Source: Rickettsiaceae bacterium 4572_127 (lineage in GTDB: Bacteria; Pseudomonadota; Alphaproteobacteria; Rs-D84; NBLK01). From it: a stretch of 33,100 nucleotides of DNA. Where the stretch lies: positions 1 to 33,100 of the forward strand of contig NBLK01000008.1 of the NCBI GenBank assembly GCA_002084505.1. The letters run 5' to 3'. Positions 8,819-17,125 of the stretch are shown piece by piece. The notes under the pieces were generated by a model that made no database searches, was not told where the DNA came from, and saw nothing but the letters and a program-made list of their open reading frames with translations. Position 1 is the first letter of the stretch; each line of letters starts with the position of its first letter. A program made the translations under genes and the position numbers.

Positions 8819-10378
8819 TTAATACGCAGGGGTTCCCCATTGGTTTGATAATCTTTCTTCTGGATCTAATGGAGATTGAAGGACTTGCGGAGTGAGCATA
8901 ACAACCAAAACATCTCTTGCAGATTTTGTGTCTTTTCCACCACCTAGTCCCATAAAATTAGGGTCTCCAATACCGTACCTTGTATCGCTATTTTTTGTTT
9001 TTTCAAATCCTGTCATAATTAAAGTCTGCCCAGATTTTAAAACCAATTCTTGTCTAAAACTTCTTTCGTCAATTCGTGGCATTCTAACTTTAATAGCATC
9101 GTCTCCACCACCAAAACTCTGCTCGTCCCAACTTAGTAGCTCCCTTAAAGACATATTAAACATAACTAGAATTCTTCCGTTTTCTAGAATATTAGGAAGT
9201 AACTGCATGCTAAATCCAACCGTCTCTTCAACAGGCTTAAAGTCAGTTGTATTGAGATTTTCTCCCTGTGCCGAAGTTGAAAAACTATCAACATATTTAA
9301 ATTTTTGAGTGCTATTAACGGGGGCGATTCTATTGTTTCTAGTTGTAACAGTGGCAGTGCTAACAACTGAAACTTTTCCTTGTTTTGCCAATGCATTAAA
9401 TGCTGAACTGCTTCCTTTGGCTTCTGCTAAACTTCCAGTTGCACTACTATCAACAGCTACACTTAAAGTTTGAACCCCTTCATTTGTAGCAAAAGGATTT
9501 ATAGTTTCAGATATTAGCTGTAACCCTGACGCATCTTGAAAAAAAGCATTCCAATTTATACCAACAGAATTTTCGTCTTCTAGCGAAACTTGTAAAACTT
9601 TTACCGTTATAGCTACTAATTTTGAAAGTCTTCGATTTTGTTCTCTAACATAAGCTCCAACTCGATTCAAAGTAGAAGGACCGGCAGTCACGGTAATTGT
9701 CCCTGTCGAACGAGAAACACTAACTTCTCCATTCTGCACAATTCCTTTTAATGCATTTTCAATTTCTTCCCATTCTTTTAAGTTCACGCTTGTTTGAATC
9801 GAAAGATTCTCCCCCTCTTCATTTCCAATAACAGAATTATAAACCGTATCTGTTGGTAGAGAATACACCGTAAATGTTTTTGTTTCTTTTTGATAGAAAG
9901 TTATTTTTTTCTTTTCGTGAAACCAGTAGAGACCTAAGTCTGTTGAAATAGTATTTAGTAATTCGCTCAAAGGACCTGTATGCGATAGTTTAATTTTTTC
10001 TATATTATTTTGATCTATTAAATCATCTATAACAACTTTAATCCCAGTTAAAGAATAAATCTCACCTGCTATTGAAATAAGCGAATTCGGTTCATCAGCA
10101 ACAAAAGTTATTCCCTGCGGAGTCTCCAATTTTAGTGGCAAAGGCTCTTTATGTTCATTCTTTACAGAATCGCTTCCTAGCCAAATTCCTGAACTAACGG
10201 AGACAGTGTCGTTCGTTGTTTTTTTTAATGGATTTTTAGCTTTTTCATTTGCTCGCACCGCCTCTCTATAATCTTGGCGAACTTGATTATTAACAGATTG
10301 AGAGACCTGCTCATTACAACCAACTGTAATAATTGCTAATACTAAAAAAGTTAAAAAACTTTTAATCTGCATTTTCAT
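8819..10378 (-). CDS. Secretin lipoprotein, type IVb pilus PilN (R64) / TcpC-like
   Basis: Lipobox LAIITVGC. C-terminal secretin core VSVVSTATVTTRNNRIAPV...LVLKSGQTLIMTGF...RDVLVVMLTPQVL. Immediately downstream of a TcpQ-domain gene. Confidence 0.75.
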   Translation of the reverse strand: MKMQIKSFLTFLVLAIITVGCNEQVSQSVNNQVRQDYREAVRANEKAKNPLKKTTNDTVSVSSGIWLGSDSVKNEHKEPLPLKLETPQGITFVADEPNSLISIAGEIYSLTGIKVVIDDLIDQNNIEKIKLSHTGPLSELLNTISTDLGLYWFHEKKKITFYQKETKTFTVYSLPTDTVYNSVIGNEEGENLSIQTSVNLKEWEEIENALKGIVQNGEVSVSRSTGTITVTAGPSTLNRVGAYVREQNRRLSKLVAITVKVLQVSLEDENSVGINWNAFFQDASGLQLISETINPFATNEGVQTLSVAVDSSATGSLAEAKGSSSAFNALAKQGKVSVVSTATVTTRNNRIAPVNSTQKFKYVDSFSTSAQGENLNTTDFKPVEETVGFSMQLLPNILENGRILVMFNMSLRELLSWDEQSFGGGDDAIKVRMPRIDERSFRQELVLKSGQTLIMTGFEKTKNSDTRYGIGDPNFMGLGGGKDTKSARDVLVVMLTPQVLQSPLDPEERLSNQWGTPAY

Positions 10379-11051
10379 CTTCCAATGTTTTTAACACAAG
10401 AACTCTATTTCCATAATAAAATTTAGCATAGGGTGGTGGAGTTGCTCGACCAAAAGTCCTAATTAAAGCTGAAGAAACATCTGTGAATCTTCCATTGAAT
10501 TTTGCCCCCGCTTTTAGCGGATAAGATCGGTATGTGTTCCAAACTATTTCCCAACCTTCGTTCATAGCCCACTTTTTCAAAACTGATTTTAGTGTGTCAC
10601 CTTCTTTTGCAATCCATTCCCTGGAAACATCTGGAATGTGTTCTTCGCTAGATGCTTCAAGTGTTAAGGTTCCTGCTTTGGAATTTCGAGAAAATAAACT
10701 TCCTACTCCATAAGCATAAGAATTAGGGGCTGTAGGTGGAATAGATGCGGAAATTGTCTGCCCTCCGTCGTCCTCCATTAAATCTTTGTGCGACAGGTCC
10801 ATTTTAGAATTTTCAGGTGCCTCTTTTCCTTCTAACGCAACTGGAATGCTGCCGGGAGGGGAATATGATGCTCCACCACTCCAACCTCTTTCTGCCATGG
10901 GTTGCCTAGGTTCTCTTCCTTTTTCTACAGGCATTTGATATGATGCAACAGAATTAGAGCTAGGCCAAGCAGGTTCATGGCGAGGCTCGTTTACACCATC
11001 CGCTAGCAGTTGAAAGCTAAATAAAAATAAAGAAATAAAAAATAATTTCAT
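10362..11051 (-). CDS. TcpQ/PilL-like pilus biogenesis protein
   Basis: Start placed at MKLFFISLFLFSFQLLADG (signal peptide; ATG 11051, preceded by AGAGGAG). C-terminal WIAKEGDTLKSVLKKWAMNEGWEIVW...FNGRFTDVSSALIRTF matches the TcpQ domain pattern. The upstream part of the tracked ORF (to 11234) runs through a repeat. Noticeably more GC-rich than its surroundings. Confidence 0.65.
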   Translation of the reverse strand: MKLFFISLFLFSFQLLADGVNEPRHEPAWPSSNSVASYQMPVEKGREPRQPMAERGWSGGASYSPPGSIPVALEGKEAPENSKMDLSHKDLMEDDGGQTISASIPPTAPNSYAYGVGSLFSRNSKAGTLTLEASSEEHIPDVSREWIAKEGDTLKSVLKKWAMNEGWEIVWNTYRSYPLKAGAKFNGRFTDVSSALIRTFGRATPPPYAKFYYGNRVLVLKTLEDENAD

Positions 11052-11249
11052 GTTTCTCTCCTCTTTAATTTTATAGTAAAGCAAAAACAAGTGAAAGCAA
11101 GAACTTTTTTGACAGTTATTTGAAGAGAATTTTAGAGAACATAGAGCTGAGTTTATTTTGCAATTGAATAGAGCTATTGCATAACTCTTGGTGATTGCTT
11201 TCTTGCTGTGTCTGCCAATAAAATCATACATCAAAATGTATAATTTTAA

Positions 11250-11400
11250 GGTTCAATTCCGTTTTATGTGTGTTTTCTTAAATACCCCTCACCTTGTTCC
11301 TCTCCCGCAAGGGGAGAGGAGACGAAATTTTCAACATTTTTTTATCAACAAATTATGCTCGGGTGAGGGGTATAAAACACATGCAAAATGGAATTGAGCC
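11250..11400. repeat. Nested palindromic element (R3)
   Basis: Outer arms GGTTCAATTCCGTTTTATGTGTGTTTT / AAAACACATGCAAAATGGAATTGAGCC. Inner arms ACCCCTCACC / GGTGAGGGGT. Central hairpin CCTCTCCCGCAAGGGGAGAGG. A partial copy lies at 29674-29723. Confidence 0.8.
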
Positions 11401-11650
11401 AATTTTAAATACGATACCAACAAAAACCGTTCGTAAGAACTCACTCTAATCACTCCGCTTTGCGAAATCTCTTTTTTTCTATTGCATAACATTAGGTTAT
11501 GCAACAGGTCTAATGATGAGTTTTTTCCTTAGGCTATAAACCTAGTTTTATAGCCGTTGTTTAGTTTTCGGGACTTAGCGGTGACTTTCCTCACTATAGT
11601 AAAACTAATTTATGTTGTCTTGTCTTTTTCTTTTTTTTCTGGTTAATGTT

Positions 11651-11804
11651 TTTTAAAATTTATCCGCATACTCGCTATCTTTTTCGGCTCTTTTCAACAG
11701 CTTAAGTGCAAATGAGTCATCCCAATTCCACTAAAATCGATTGAAAATTTCTCGAGAAATTTAGGCGATTATGCGGACAGTTTTAATTGGTTTGACCATA
11801 AATT
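11651..11804 (+). mobile_element. MITE-like ~150-bp element, copy 1 (R4)
   Basis: Colinear with 24171-24324. Subterminal inverted repeats ATCCGCATACTCGC ... GCGATTATGCGGAC. No coding capacity. Confidence 0.7.
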
Positions 11805-11882
11805 CACCGTGACAAAAAGCAATCACCAAGATTAAAAAACAATTTTATTGTCTAAAAAGTTTTTTTATGTTATGTTTATTGA

Positions 11883-12971
11883 ATGAGAAATTATTCTAGA
11901 AAATTTGGATTAGTCGAAAAATGGTTTGCGAGAAGAATCGTAAAACATTCCGCAAAGAAAAGACTAAAATTATATAGAAAGTTATCGGCCCTTTTGAGAA
12001 ATAATTTTACTCTAATGGACGCCTTAGATCGCCTTTGGATGATTGCTTCAAAAGACGGAAGAAGTACTGGTGAACCATTTGCAATTGCTATTTCTATTTG
12101 GCAAGGAAGACTAGAAAATGGAGAAAGCTTTTCTCATGCGTTGCGAGGCTGGGTGCCTTTTCGAGAAAGATTGATGTTATCCGTTGGAGATGTTTCTAGG
12201 CTAGAAACGGCATTAGTTCATGTCATAAAAGTTGCAGAAGGTTCGGACAGGATTATCGCACCTTTAATTTCCGCTTTTGCATATCCGTTATTTTTATTGG
12301 TTCTAACATTTTTAATTTTAATTATGGTTGCTGTTTATTTAGTTCCGCCTTTAATTGATGCTGCAGGAAAAGATATCATTTGGTCAGGGGTTGCCAGCTC
12401 ATTAGTTTCCATTTCAGATGGAATCGCCACATATTGGTGGGCATTTCCATTAAGTTTTATTGTTTTTGTATTTCTTATCACTGTCTCCTTGCCCTATTTA
12501 ACTGGAAAATTACGAGTTGTATTAGATAAATTTCCACCTTGGTCTTTATACAGATTATTTACAGGAGTGAGTTGGATTTTATCTTTATCTGCCTTGACTA
12601 AGTCGGGGACTCCAATAACAAAAGGAATGGCATCGCTTAGAGATGATTCTACTCCATATTTAAGAGAGAGAATTGACTATGCTTTGGACTATATGAGCGA
12701 AGGAGAAAACTTAGGAACGGCCCTAAAGCATACTGGTTTTAATTTTCCAGATAAAGAAATTATTGGTGATTTAGAAATCTATGCAGAGCTAGATAATTTT
12801 GAAGAAACTTTGGAGCAAATTGGTAATGAATATCTAGAAGATGCTATCGTTCGAATTCAAACTACTGCTGGAATTTTAAATTCTTTTGCAATTCTTTTGA
12901 TTGCAGTTGTTATAGCTTGGGTTGTTTTTGGAACCTTTGAAATGCAAGAACAGCTAACTGCTCAAATGTAG
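11883..12971 (+). CDS. GspF/PilC-family platform protein (PilR/TcpE-like)
   Basis: Two T2SS-F-type repeats (LSALLRNNFTLMDALDRL...GESFSHAL...GDVSRLETAL and LSALTKSGTPITKGMASL...GENLGTAL...) and three hydrophobic segments. Confidence 0.75.
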   Translation: MRNYSRKFGLVEKWFARRIVKHSAKKRLKLYRKLSALLRNNFTLMDALDRLWMIASKDGRSTGEPFAIAISIWQGRLENGESFSHALRGWVPFRERLMLSVGDVSRLETALVHVIKVAEGSDRIIAPLISAFAYPLFLLVLTFLILIMVAVYLVPPLIDAAGKDIIWSGVASSLVSISDGIATYWWAFPLSFIVFVFLITVSLPYLTGKLRVVLDKFPPWSLYRLFTGVSWILSLSALTKSGTPITKGMASLRDDSTPYLRERIDYALDYMSEGENLGTALKHTGFNFPDKEIIGDLEIYAELDNFEETLEQIGNEYLEDAIVRIQTTAGILNSFAILLIAVVIAWVVFGTFEMQEQLTAQM

Positions 12972-13040
12972 AATCATATTGATTTTGCTAAAAATTATTA
13001 TTATATTACTATTATTAACCTAAAAAAATAAGGAGAAAAA

Positions 13041-13592
13041 ATGACACATTATATACTGGCAGGGGCAGGGATTATAGTTTTTTGGGCTATAAGTTCTTAC
13101 AATAGTTTAATAACTTTAAAGAATCGCTTTCAAGAAGCATGGTCTGACATTGAAACTCAAATGAAGCGACGATACAACTTAATTCCTAATTTAATGGAGA
13201 CAATTAAAGGTTATGCAAAGCATGAAAAAGAAACTTTTTCCGCTGTAACAAAGGCTAGAACTTCCGCTATGGCAAGCAATGGGAGTCCAGCAGAACAGGC
13301 TAAAACAGAAAATATGTTGCAATCTACTTTGAAATCAATTTTTGCTTTATCTGAGGCCTATCCTGAATTAAAAGCGAATCAAAACTTTTTAGAACTACAA
13401 GCTGAGCTTACAGATGCAGAGGATAAAATACAGGCTTCTCGTAGATTTTACAATAATACAATTCAGGCTTTTAATGTTAAGGTTGAGCAATTTCCGAGTA
13501 ATTTAATTGCTAAAATGTTTGGATTCGTTAGACAAGATTTTTTTAAATTATTAGAAGCTGAAGCTAAAAAACCTGTTAAAGTTAAATTTTAA
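13041..13592 (+). CDS. lemA: LemA family protein
   Basis: N-terminal TM segment, then YNSLITLKNRFQEAWSDIETQMKRRYNLIPNLMETIKGYAKHEKETF, the LemA signature. AAGGAG Shine-Dalgarno upstream. Confidence 0.85.
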   Translation: MTHYILAGAGIIVFWAISSYNSLITLKNRFQEAWSDIETQMKRRYNLIPNLMETIKGYAKHEKETFSAVTKARTSAMASNGSPAEQAKTENMLQSTLKSIFALSEAYPELKANQNFLELQAELTDAEDKIQASRRFYNNTIQAFNVKVEQFPSNLIAKMFGFVRQDFFKLLEAEAKKPVKVKF

Positions 13593-14476
13593 TGAAATTA
13601 TTAAAAAACCTTTCAAATTTGCAAAAACGAATCATCGGGGCAGGCATGCTTCTAGTTTTTGGAATTGTTTTTTTTGTAGATTTATTTTTAGGCGGAGATA
13701 ACTATTTAGCCACAGGCGTCTATTACATTTTTTCTGCAGGAATTATCTGGGAGTTTTTTAATTTAATTGAAGACAAAAAAGCAAAATTATTATCAAGATA
13801 TTTTGCATTACTTTTAGTTTTTTCAGTATTAATATACATAAATCAAAATGGTTTTAATTGGTATGATTTTATTTTTCCGCTGTTTTGTGGGATCTCTTCT
13901 ATTTTAATTTACGGAAAAAAAACAGAACGAAAAAAAGATTTTTTTTGCCTTCTCTCTTTAATAATTTATTTAAGTGCATTGATTTTTATAAATAAAGCAA
14001 TGAATCTTTTGCTACCAAAAACCCCCGATCCATTAGGAGCAATTCTGTTGTTAGTAATTTTTTTTATAACGATCACAACAGACATTGGAGCTTATTTTGT
14101 AGGGAAAAAATTCGGCAAAAAAAAATTAGCTCCAAAAATCAGTCCTAATAAAACTTGGGCTGGATTTCTTGGTGGAATACTATTTCCAACAACGATTGTT
14201 ATTATTTATTTATTAAAAACAGTTCCAATTCGTGTCTTTGCTAATAATTTTTATGTAGCTGTAAAGGTTATATCATTTTATATTTTAACAACAATTATTC
14301 TAAGTATTATCGCTCAACTTGGAGACCTTTTTGAATCATACTTAAAGCGACTAAATGGAGCAAAAGATAGCGGGAAAATAATTATCGGACACGGTGGCTT
14401 ACTAGATCGATTCGATAGCTTTTTATTCTTGATTTTCTGGATAGGGATTGTTATTTATATATTTGGAGTAAATTAA
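13592..14476 (+). CDS. cdsA: Phosphatidate cytidylyltransferase
   Basis: Polytopic membrane protein with ISPNKTWAGFLGG and GDLFESYLKR...KDSGKIIIGHGGLLDRFDS. The start overlaps the lemA stop (TAATG). Confidence 0.85.
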   Translation: MKLLKNLSNLQKRIIGAGMLLVFGIVFFVDLFLGGDNYLATGVYYIFSAGIIWEFFNLIEDKKAKLLSRYFALLLVFSVLIYINQNGFNWYDFIFPLFCGISSILIYGKKTERKKDFFCLLSLIIYLSALIFINKAMNLLLPKTPDPLGAILLLVIFFITITTDIGAYFVGKKFGKKKLAPKISPNKTWAGFLGGILFPTTIVIIYLLKTVPIRVFANNFYVAVKVISFYILTTIILSIIAQLGDLFESYLKRLNGAKDSGKIIIGHGGLLDRFDSFLFLIFWIGIVIYIFGVN

Positions 14477-14886
14477 TGACAAATTATATAAAACTAAAAA
14501 ATTCATTGTGTCGCTTAAAAGAAATGTATAGAAATTACAAAGAATCTAATGCGGACGGATGGCAAAAAGAAGCACTGAGAGAATCATGCATTCATAGATT
14601 TGAAACTTGCTTTGACTCTCTGTGGAAACATTTGAAAAAACATCTTCAAGATAAAATTGGGCTGTCTGATTTGCCGAATGGCCCAAAGCCTATTTTTCGT
14701 TTAGCAGGTGAAAATAAGCTAATTGAAAATGTAGAATCTTTTTTTAATTATAACAATAAAAGAATTGCAACTAGTCATGATTGCTCCGAGGAAAAAGCTA
14801 ACGAAACTTTAGAAATTATTGAAGATTTTATAACAGATACTTCAACTATTTATAAAAAAATTAGTGGGGACAATGCAGGTATCTAA
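14476..14886 (+). CDS. HEPN-domain nucleotidyltransferase substrate-binding protein (HI0074 family), toxin-like
   Basis: IHRFETCFDSLWKHLKKHL plus the R-x4-H motif KRIATSHD. The start overlaps the cdsA stop (TAATG). Confidence 0.75.
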   Translation: MTNYIKLKNSLCRLKEMYRNYKESNADGWQKEALRESCIHRFETCFDSLWKHLKKHLQDKIGLSDLPNGPKPIFRLAGENKLIENVESFFNYNNKRIATSHDCSEEKANETLEIIEDFITDTSTIYKKISGDNAGI

Positions 14887-15166
14887 AAAGGAATTGGAAG
14901 AAATAAAAGCTATTTTAGAAAAACATTTGCATAATAAAAAAGTTCTTGCTTTTGGTTCTAGAATAAAAGAAACTGCTGATAAATTTTCAGACTTAGATTG
15001 TGTAGTTTTTTGTGCTAATGTTTTTGATTTTGAGCAAATAACAGAAGCTTTTGAAAATAGTGATTTACCTTTTAGAATTCAATTGCTAATGTGGGAAAAG
15101 TTACCAAAAGATTTTCAAGAAGAAATTAAGAAACAATTTGTAGTTTTACAAAAAGGGAGAAAATGA
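14864..15166 (+). CDS. Minimal nucleotidyltransferase (MNT, HI0073-like), antitoxin-like
   Basis: LAFGSRIKETADKFSDLDCVVF is the GSx10-SDxD nucleotidyltransferase motif. Overlaps the HEPN gene by 23 nt. Confidence 0.8.
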   Translation: MGTMQVSKKELEEIKAILEKHLHNKKVLAFGSRIKETADKFSDLDCVVFCANVFDFEQITEAFENSDLPFRIQLLMWEKLPKDFQEEIKKQFVVLQKGRK

Positions 15167-15849
15167 ATAGACCTATAAATACTTTATTTTTAATAGAATC
15201 GTTAGATGGAAAAATTTCAACAGGAACAAGTAATGAGAGAGACTTTGATACTGATTCTCAAATAATAGGAATTAAAAAAGGGGAAAAACAATATCAGGAT
15301 TATGAGCAAACAACCGATTTGCATTCATTTAATTCTGGAAAAGTTATGGCTAAGGTTGGAATGAATGAAGAACAGGTTATAAAGAAAACAATAGTCAGTT
15401 TTATCGTTATAGACAATAGCCATTTAACAAAAGTCGGTGTTGAAAACTTTTGCAAAAGAAGTAAGATTTTTTATCTAATTACTTCAAATAAAAAACATCC
15501 TGCATTTAGTGTTAAAGAAGATAATTTGGAAATTATTTTTTATGAAAATAAAATTGATTTCAACGATCTGTTTGTTAAATTTAAGAAAAAATATGGAATT
15601 GAAAAAATAACAATTCAAACAGGCGGAGAGTTAAATTCTATTTTATTAAGAGAAAACTTAATTGATAAAATTTCTATTTTTATTGCCCCTGTTTTATTTG
15701 GAGGAAAAGATACACCTACATTAGTCGATGGAAAAAGTCTCCTTTCAAAAAAAGACTTAGAACATGTAAAGTTATTAGAGTTAAAAAAAGTTAATAAACT
15801 TAAAGACTCTTTTCTTCACTTAGAATACGATGTAGTTAAAAAAGGATAA
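15163..15849 (+). CDS. RibD C-terminal-domain / dihydrofolate-reductase-like reductase
   Basis: FLIESLDGKIS near the N-terminus and ITIQTGGELNSILLRENLIDKISIFIAPVLFGG near the C-terminus fit the RibD_C fold family. ATGA overlap with the MNT gene. Confidence 0.55.
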   Translation: MNRPINTLFLIESLDGKISTGTSNERDFDTDSQIIGIKKGEKQYQDYEQTTDLHSFNSGKVMAKVGMNEEQVIKKTIVSFIVIDNSHLTKVGVENFCKRSKIFYLITSNKKHPAFSVKEDNLEIIFYENKIDFNDLFVKFKKKYGIEKITIQTGGELNSILLRENLIDKISIFIAPVLFGGKDTPTLVDGKSLLSKKDLEHVKLLELKKVNKLKDSFLHLEYDVVKKG

Positions 15850-15853
15850 AAAA

Positions 15854-16894
15854 ATGATAATAACAATAATTAGTTTTGTATTAGTTTTAGGATTATGTGT
15901 TTTAGTCCACGAATGGGGGCATTTTATTGCTGCTAGAAAAAGTGGTGTAAAAGTCATTGCATTTTCAATCGGAATGGGAAAAGAAGTATATGGCTGGACT
16001 GACAAACTCGGCACTAGATGGCGAATCGGTATTTTACCTGTTGGTGGATATTTACAAATTTTAAGTGAAGAAGGTAGTGAAAAACTTTCTAAAAAAGAAA
16101 AGTCTCAAACTGTTGAAAGCAAACCAGTTTGGAAAAAAATGTGGATTGCTGGAAACGGAATTATAATGAATTTTATTTTAGCATTTGCATTGATTTTTTC
16201 TGTTTTTGCTTTCAAAGGAATTCCACAAACTCCTCCAATCATAGATTCTGTTATGGCGGACTCACCTGCAGAAATTGCGGGAATAAAAAAAGGTGATGAA
16301 ATAGTTGAAATTGCAGGACAAAAAATTCTATCTTTTCAAGAAATTCGCACGGCACTTATGAGTGCTAAAAAATCCGAAATCCCAGTCCTAATTGATAGAA
16401 ATGATAAAAAAATTAAATTAATTATTACTCCAAAAAATGTAGAAGGAGTTCCTACTCTCGGAGTTCAAGCGCATGCTAATCTAAATAAGGCGAAGAAAGT
16501 TGGGGTAGGGACTGCTTTTGTGAAAACTTTTACAGAAATGCACGTTAGTGTCGCAACAATGTTTCAAGGTCTAGGACAAATCGTTTCGGGAAAAAGATCT
16601 TCAAAAGAACTCGGCGGAATGATTAGCATAGCCCAGATGTCAGGACGAGCTTTCAACACGGGATTTTTTTCATTTTTATTTTTCATAGCTTTTATTTCTA
16701 TAAATCTTGGAGTAATTAATTTATTTCCAATTCCGGGACTAGACGGAGGGCATTTAGTATTTTATTTATATGAAATGATAGCTCGTCGCCCTGCTCCAAA
16801 AATCGCACAAATCGTGCTAACTTATGCTGGTTTCGGATTTTTAATTTTTTTAATGATTTTTTCTACATATAATGATATAATAAGAATGTTCTAG
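15854..16894 (+). CDS. rseP: RIP zinc metalloprotease RseP
   Basis: HEWGHF (HExxH), a PDZ-like segment (SPAEIAGIKKGDEIVEIAG) and NLFPIPGLDGGH. Confidence 0.9.
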   Translation: MIITIISFVLVLGLCVLVHEWGHFIAARKSGVKVIAFSIGMGKEVYGWTDKLGTRWRIGILPVGGYLQILSEEGSEKLSKKEKSQTVESKPVWKKMWIAGNGIIMNFILAFALIFSVFAFKGIPQTPPIIDSVMADSPAEIAGIKKGDEIVEIAGQKILSFQEIRTALMSAKKSEIPVLIDRNDKKIKLIITPKNVEGVPTLGVQAHANLNKAKKVGVGTAFVKTFTEMHVSVATMFQGLGQIVSGKRSSKELGGMISIAQMSGRAFNTGFFSFLFFIAFISINLGVINLFPIPGLDGGHLVFYLYEMIARRPAPKIAQIVLTYAGFGFLIFLMIFSTYNDIIRMF

Positions 16895-16921
16895 TAAAAT
16901 TAGATAATAAACCTCTTTCAT

Positions 16922-17095
16922 AACTTAAAAGTTATGAAAGAAAAGAGAGAATCTCGCCGACGAGAGTGGTTGAAGAGAGCGAAGCGAACGGTTTTTGTGT
17001 TGAGAAGGAATAATTTAAGAAAAGCATCAGCCGTTTTTGGCTCTGCTTTTTGAAAAATTGTGCATAATCAGCGCAAAAAGCAATCACCAAGAGTT
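16922..17095 (+). repeat. Copy B of the ~175-bp inverted duplication (dnaX-type upstream region plus 12 dnaX-like codons)
   Basis: Reverse complement of 8217-8390. Its left end forms a perfect 12-bp palindrome CTTTCATAACTT-AA-AAGTTATGAAAG (16915-16940). Confidence 0.9.
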
Positions 17096-17122
17096 ACAGA
17101 AAGAGCTTTAAAAAAGGAGTAA
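17060..17122 (+). other. 20-codon leader ORF derived from the dnaX 5' end, stop 3 nt before the ybaB ATG
   Basis: GTG CAT AAT CAG CGC AAA AAG CAA TCA CCA AGA GTT translates to MHNQRKKQSPRV, against dnaX MHYECKKQSPRV. It continues TERALKKE* with GAG TAA inside the ybaB AAGGAG Shine-Dalgarno. Confidence 0.5.
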
Positions 17123-17125
17123 ACT

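Noticed and set aside
11250-11276. tRNA-like T-arm string GGTTCAATTCC
   Set aside because: It forms the outer arm of a palindromic repeat (its partner GGAATTGAGCC lies at 11390-11400). No acceptor stem or anticodon arm can be drawn.
11188-11397. Tracked 69-aa ORF, plus the tracked ORFs 29380..29661(-), 29532..29726(+), 30104..30340(-), 24105..24311(+) and 2919..3137(+)
   Set aside because: All lie within palindromic or repeat modules or non-coding spacers. Their open frames are explained by GC-rich hairpin repeats, and none has an RBS or a protein-like composition.
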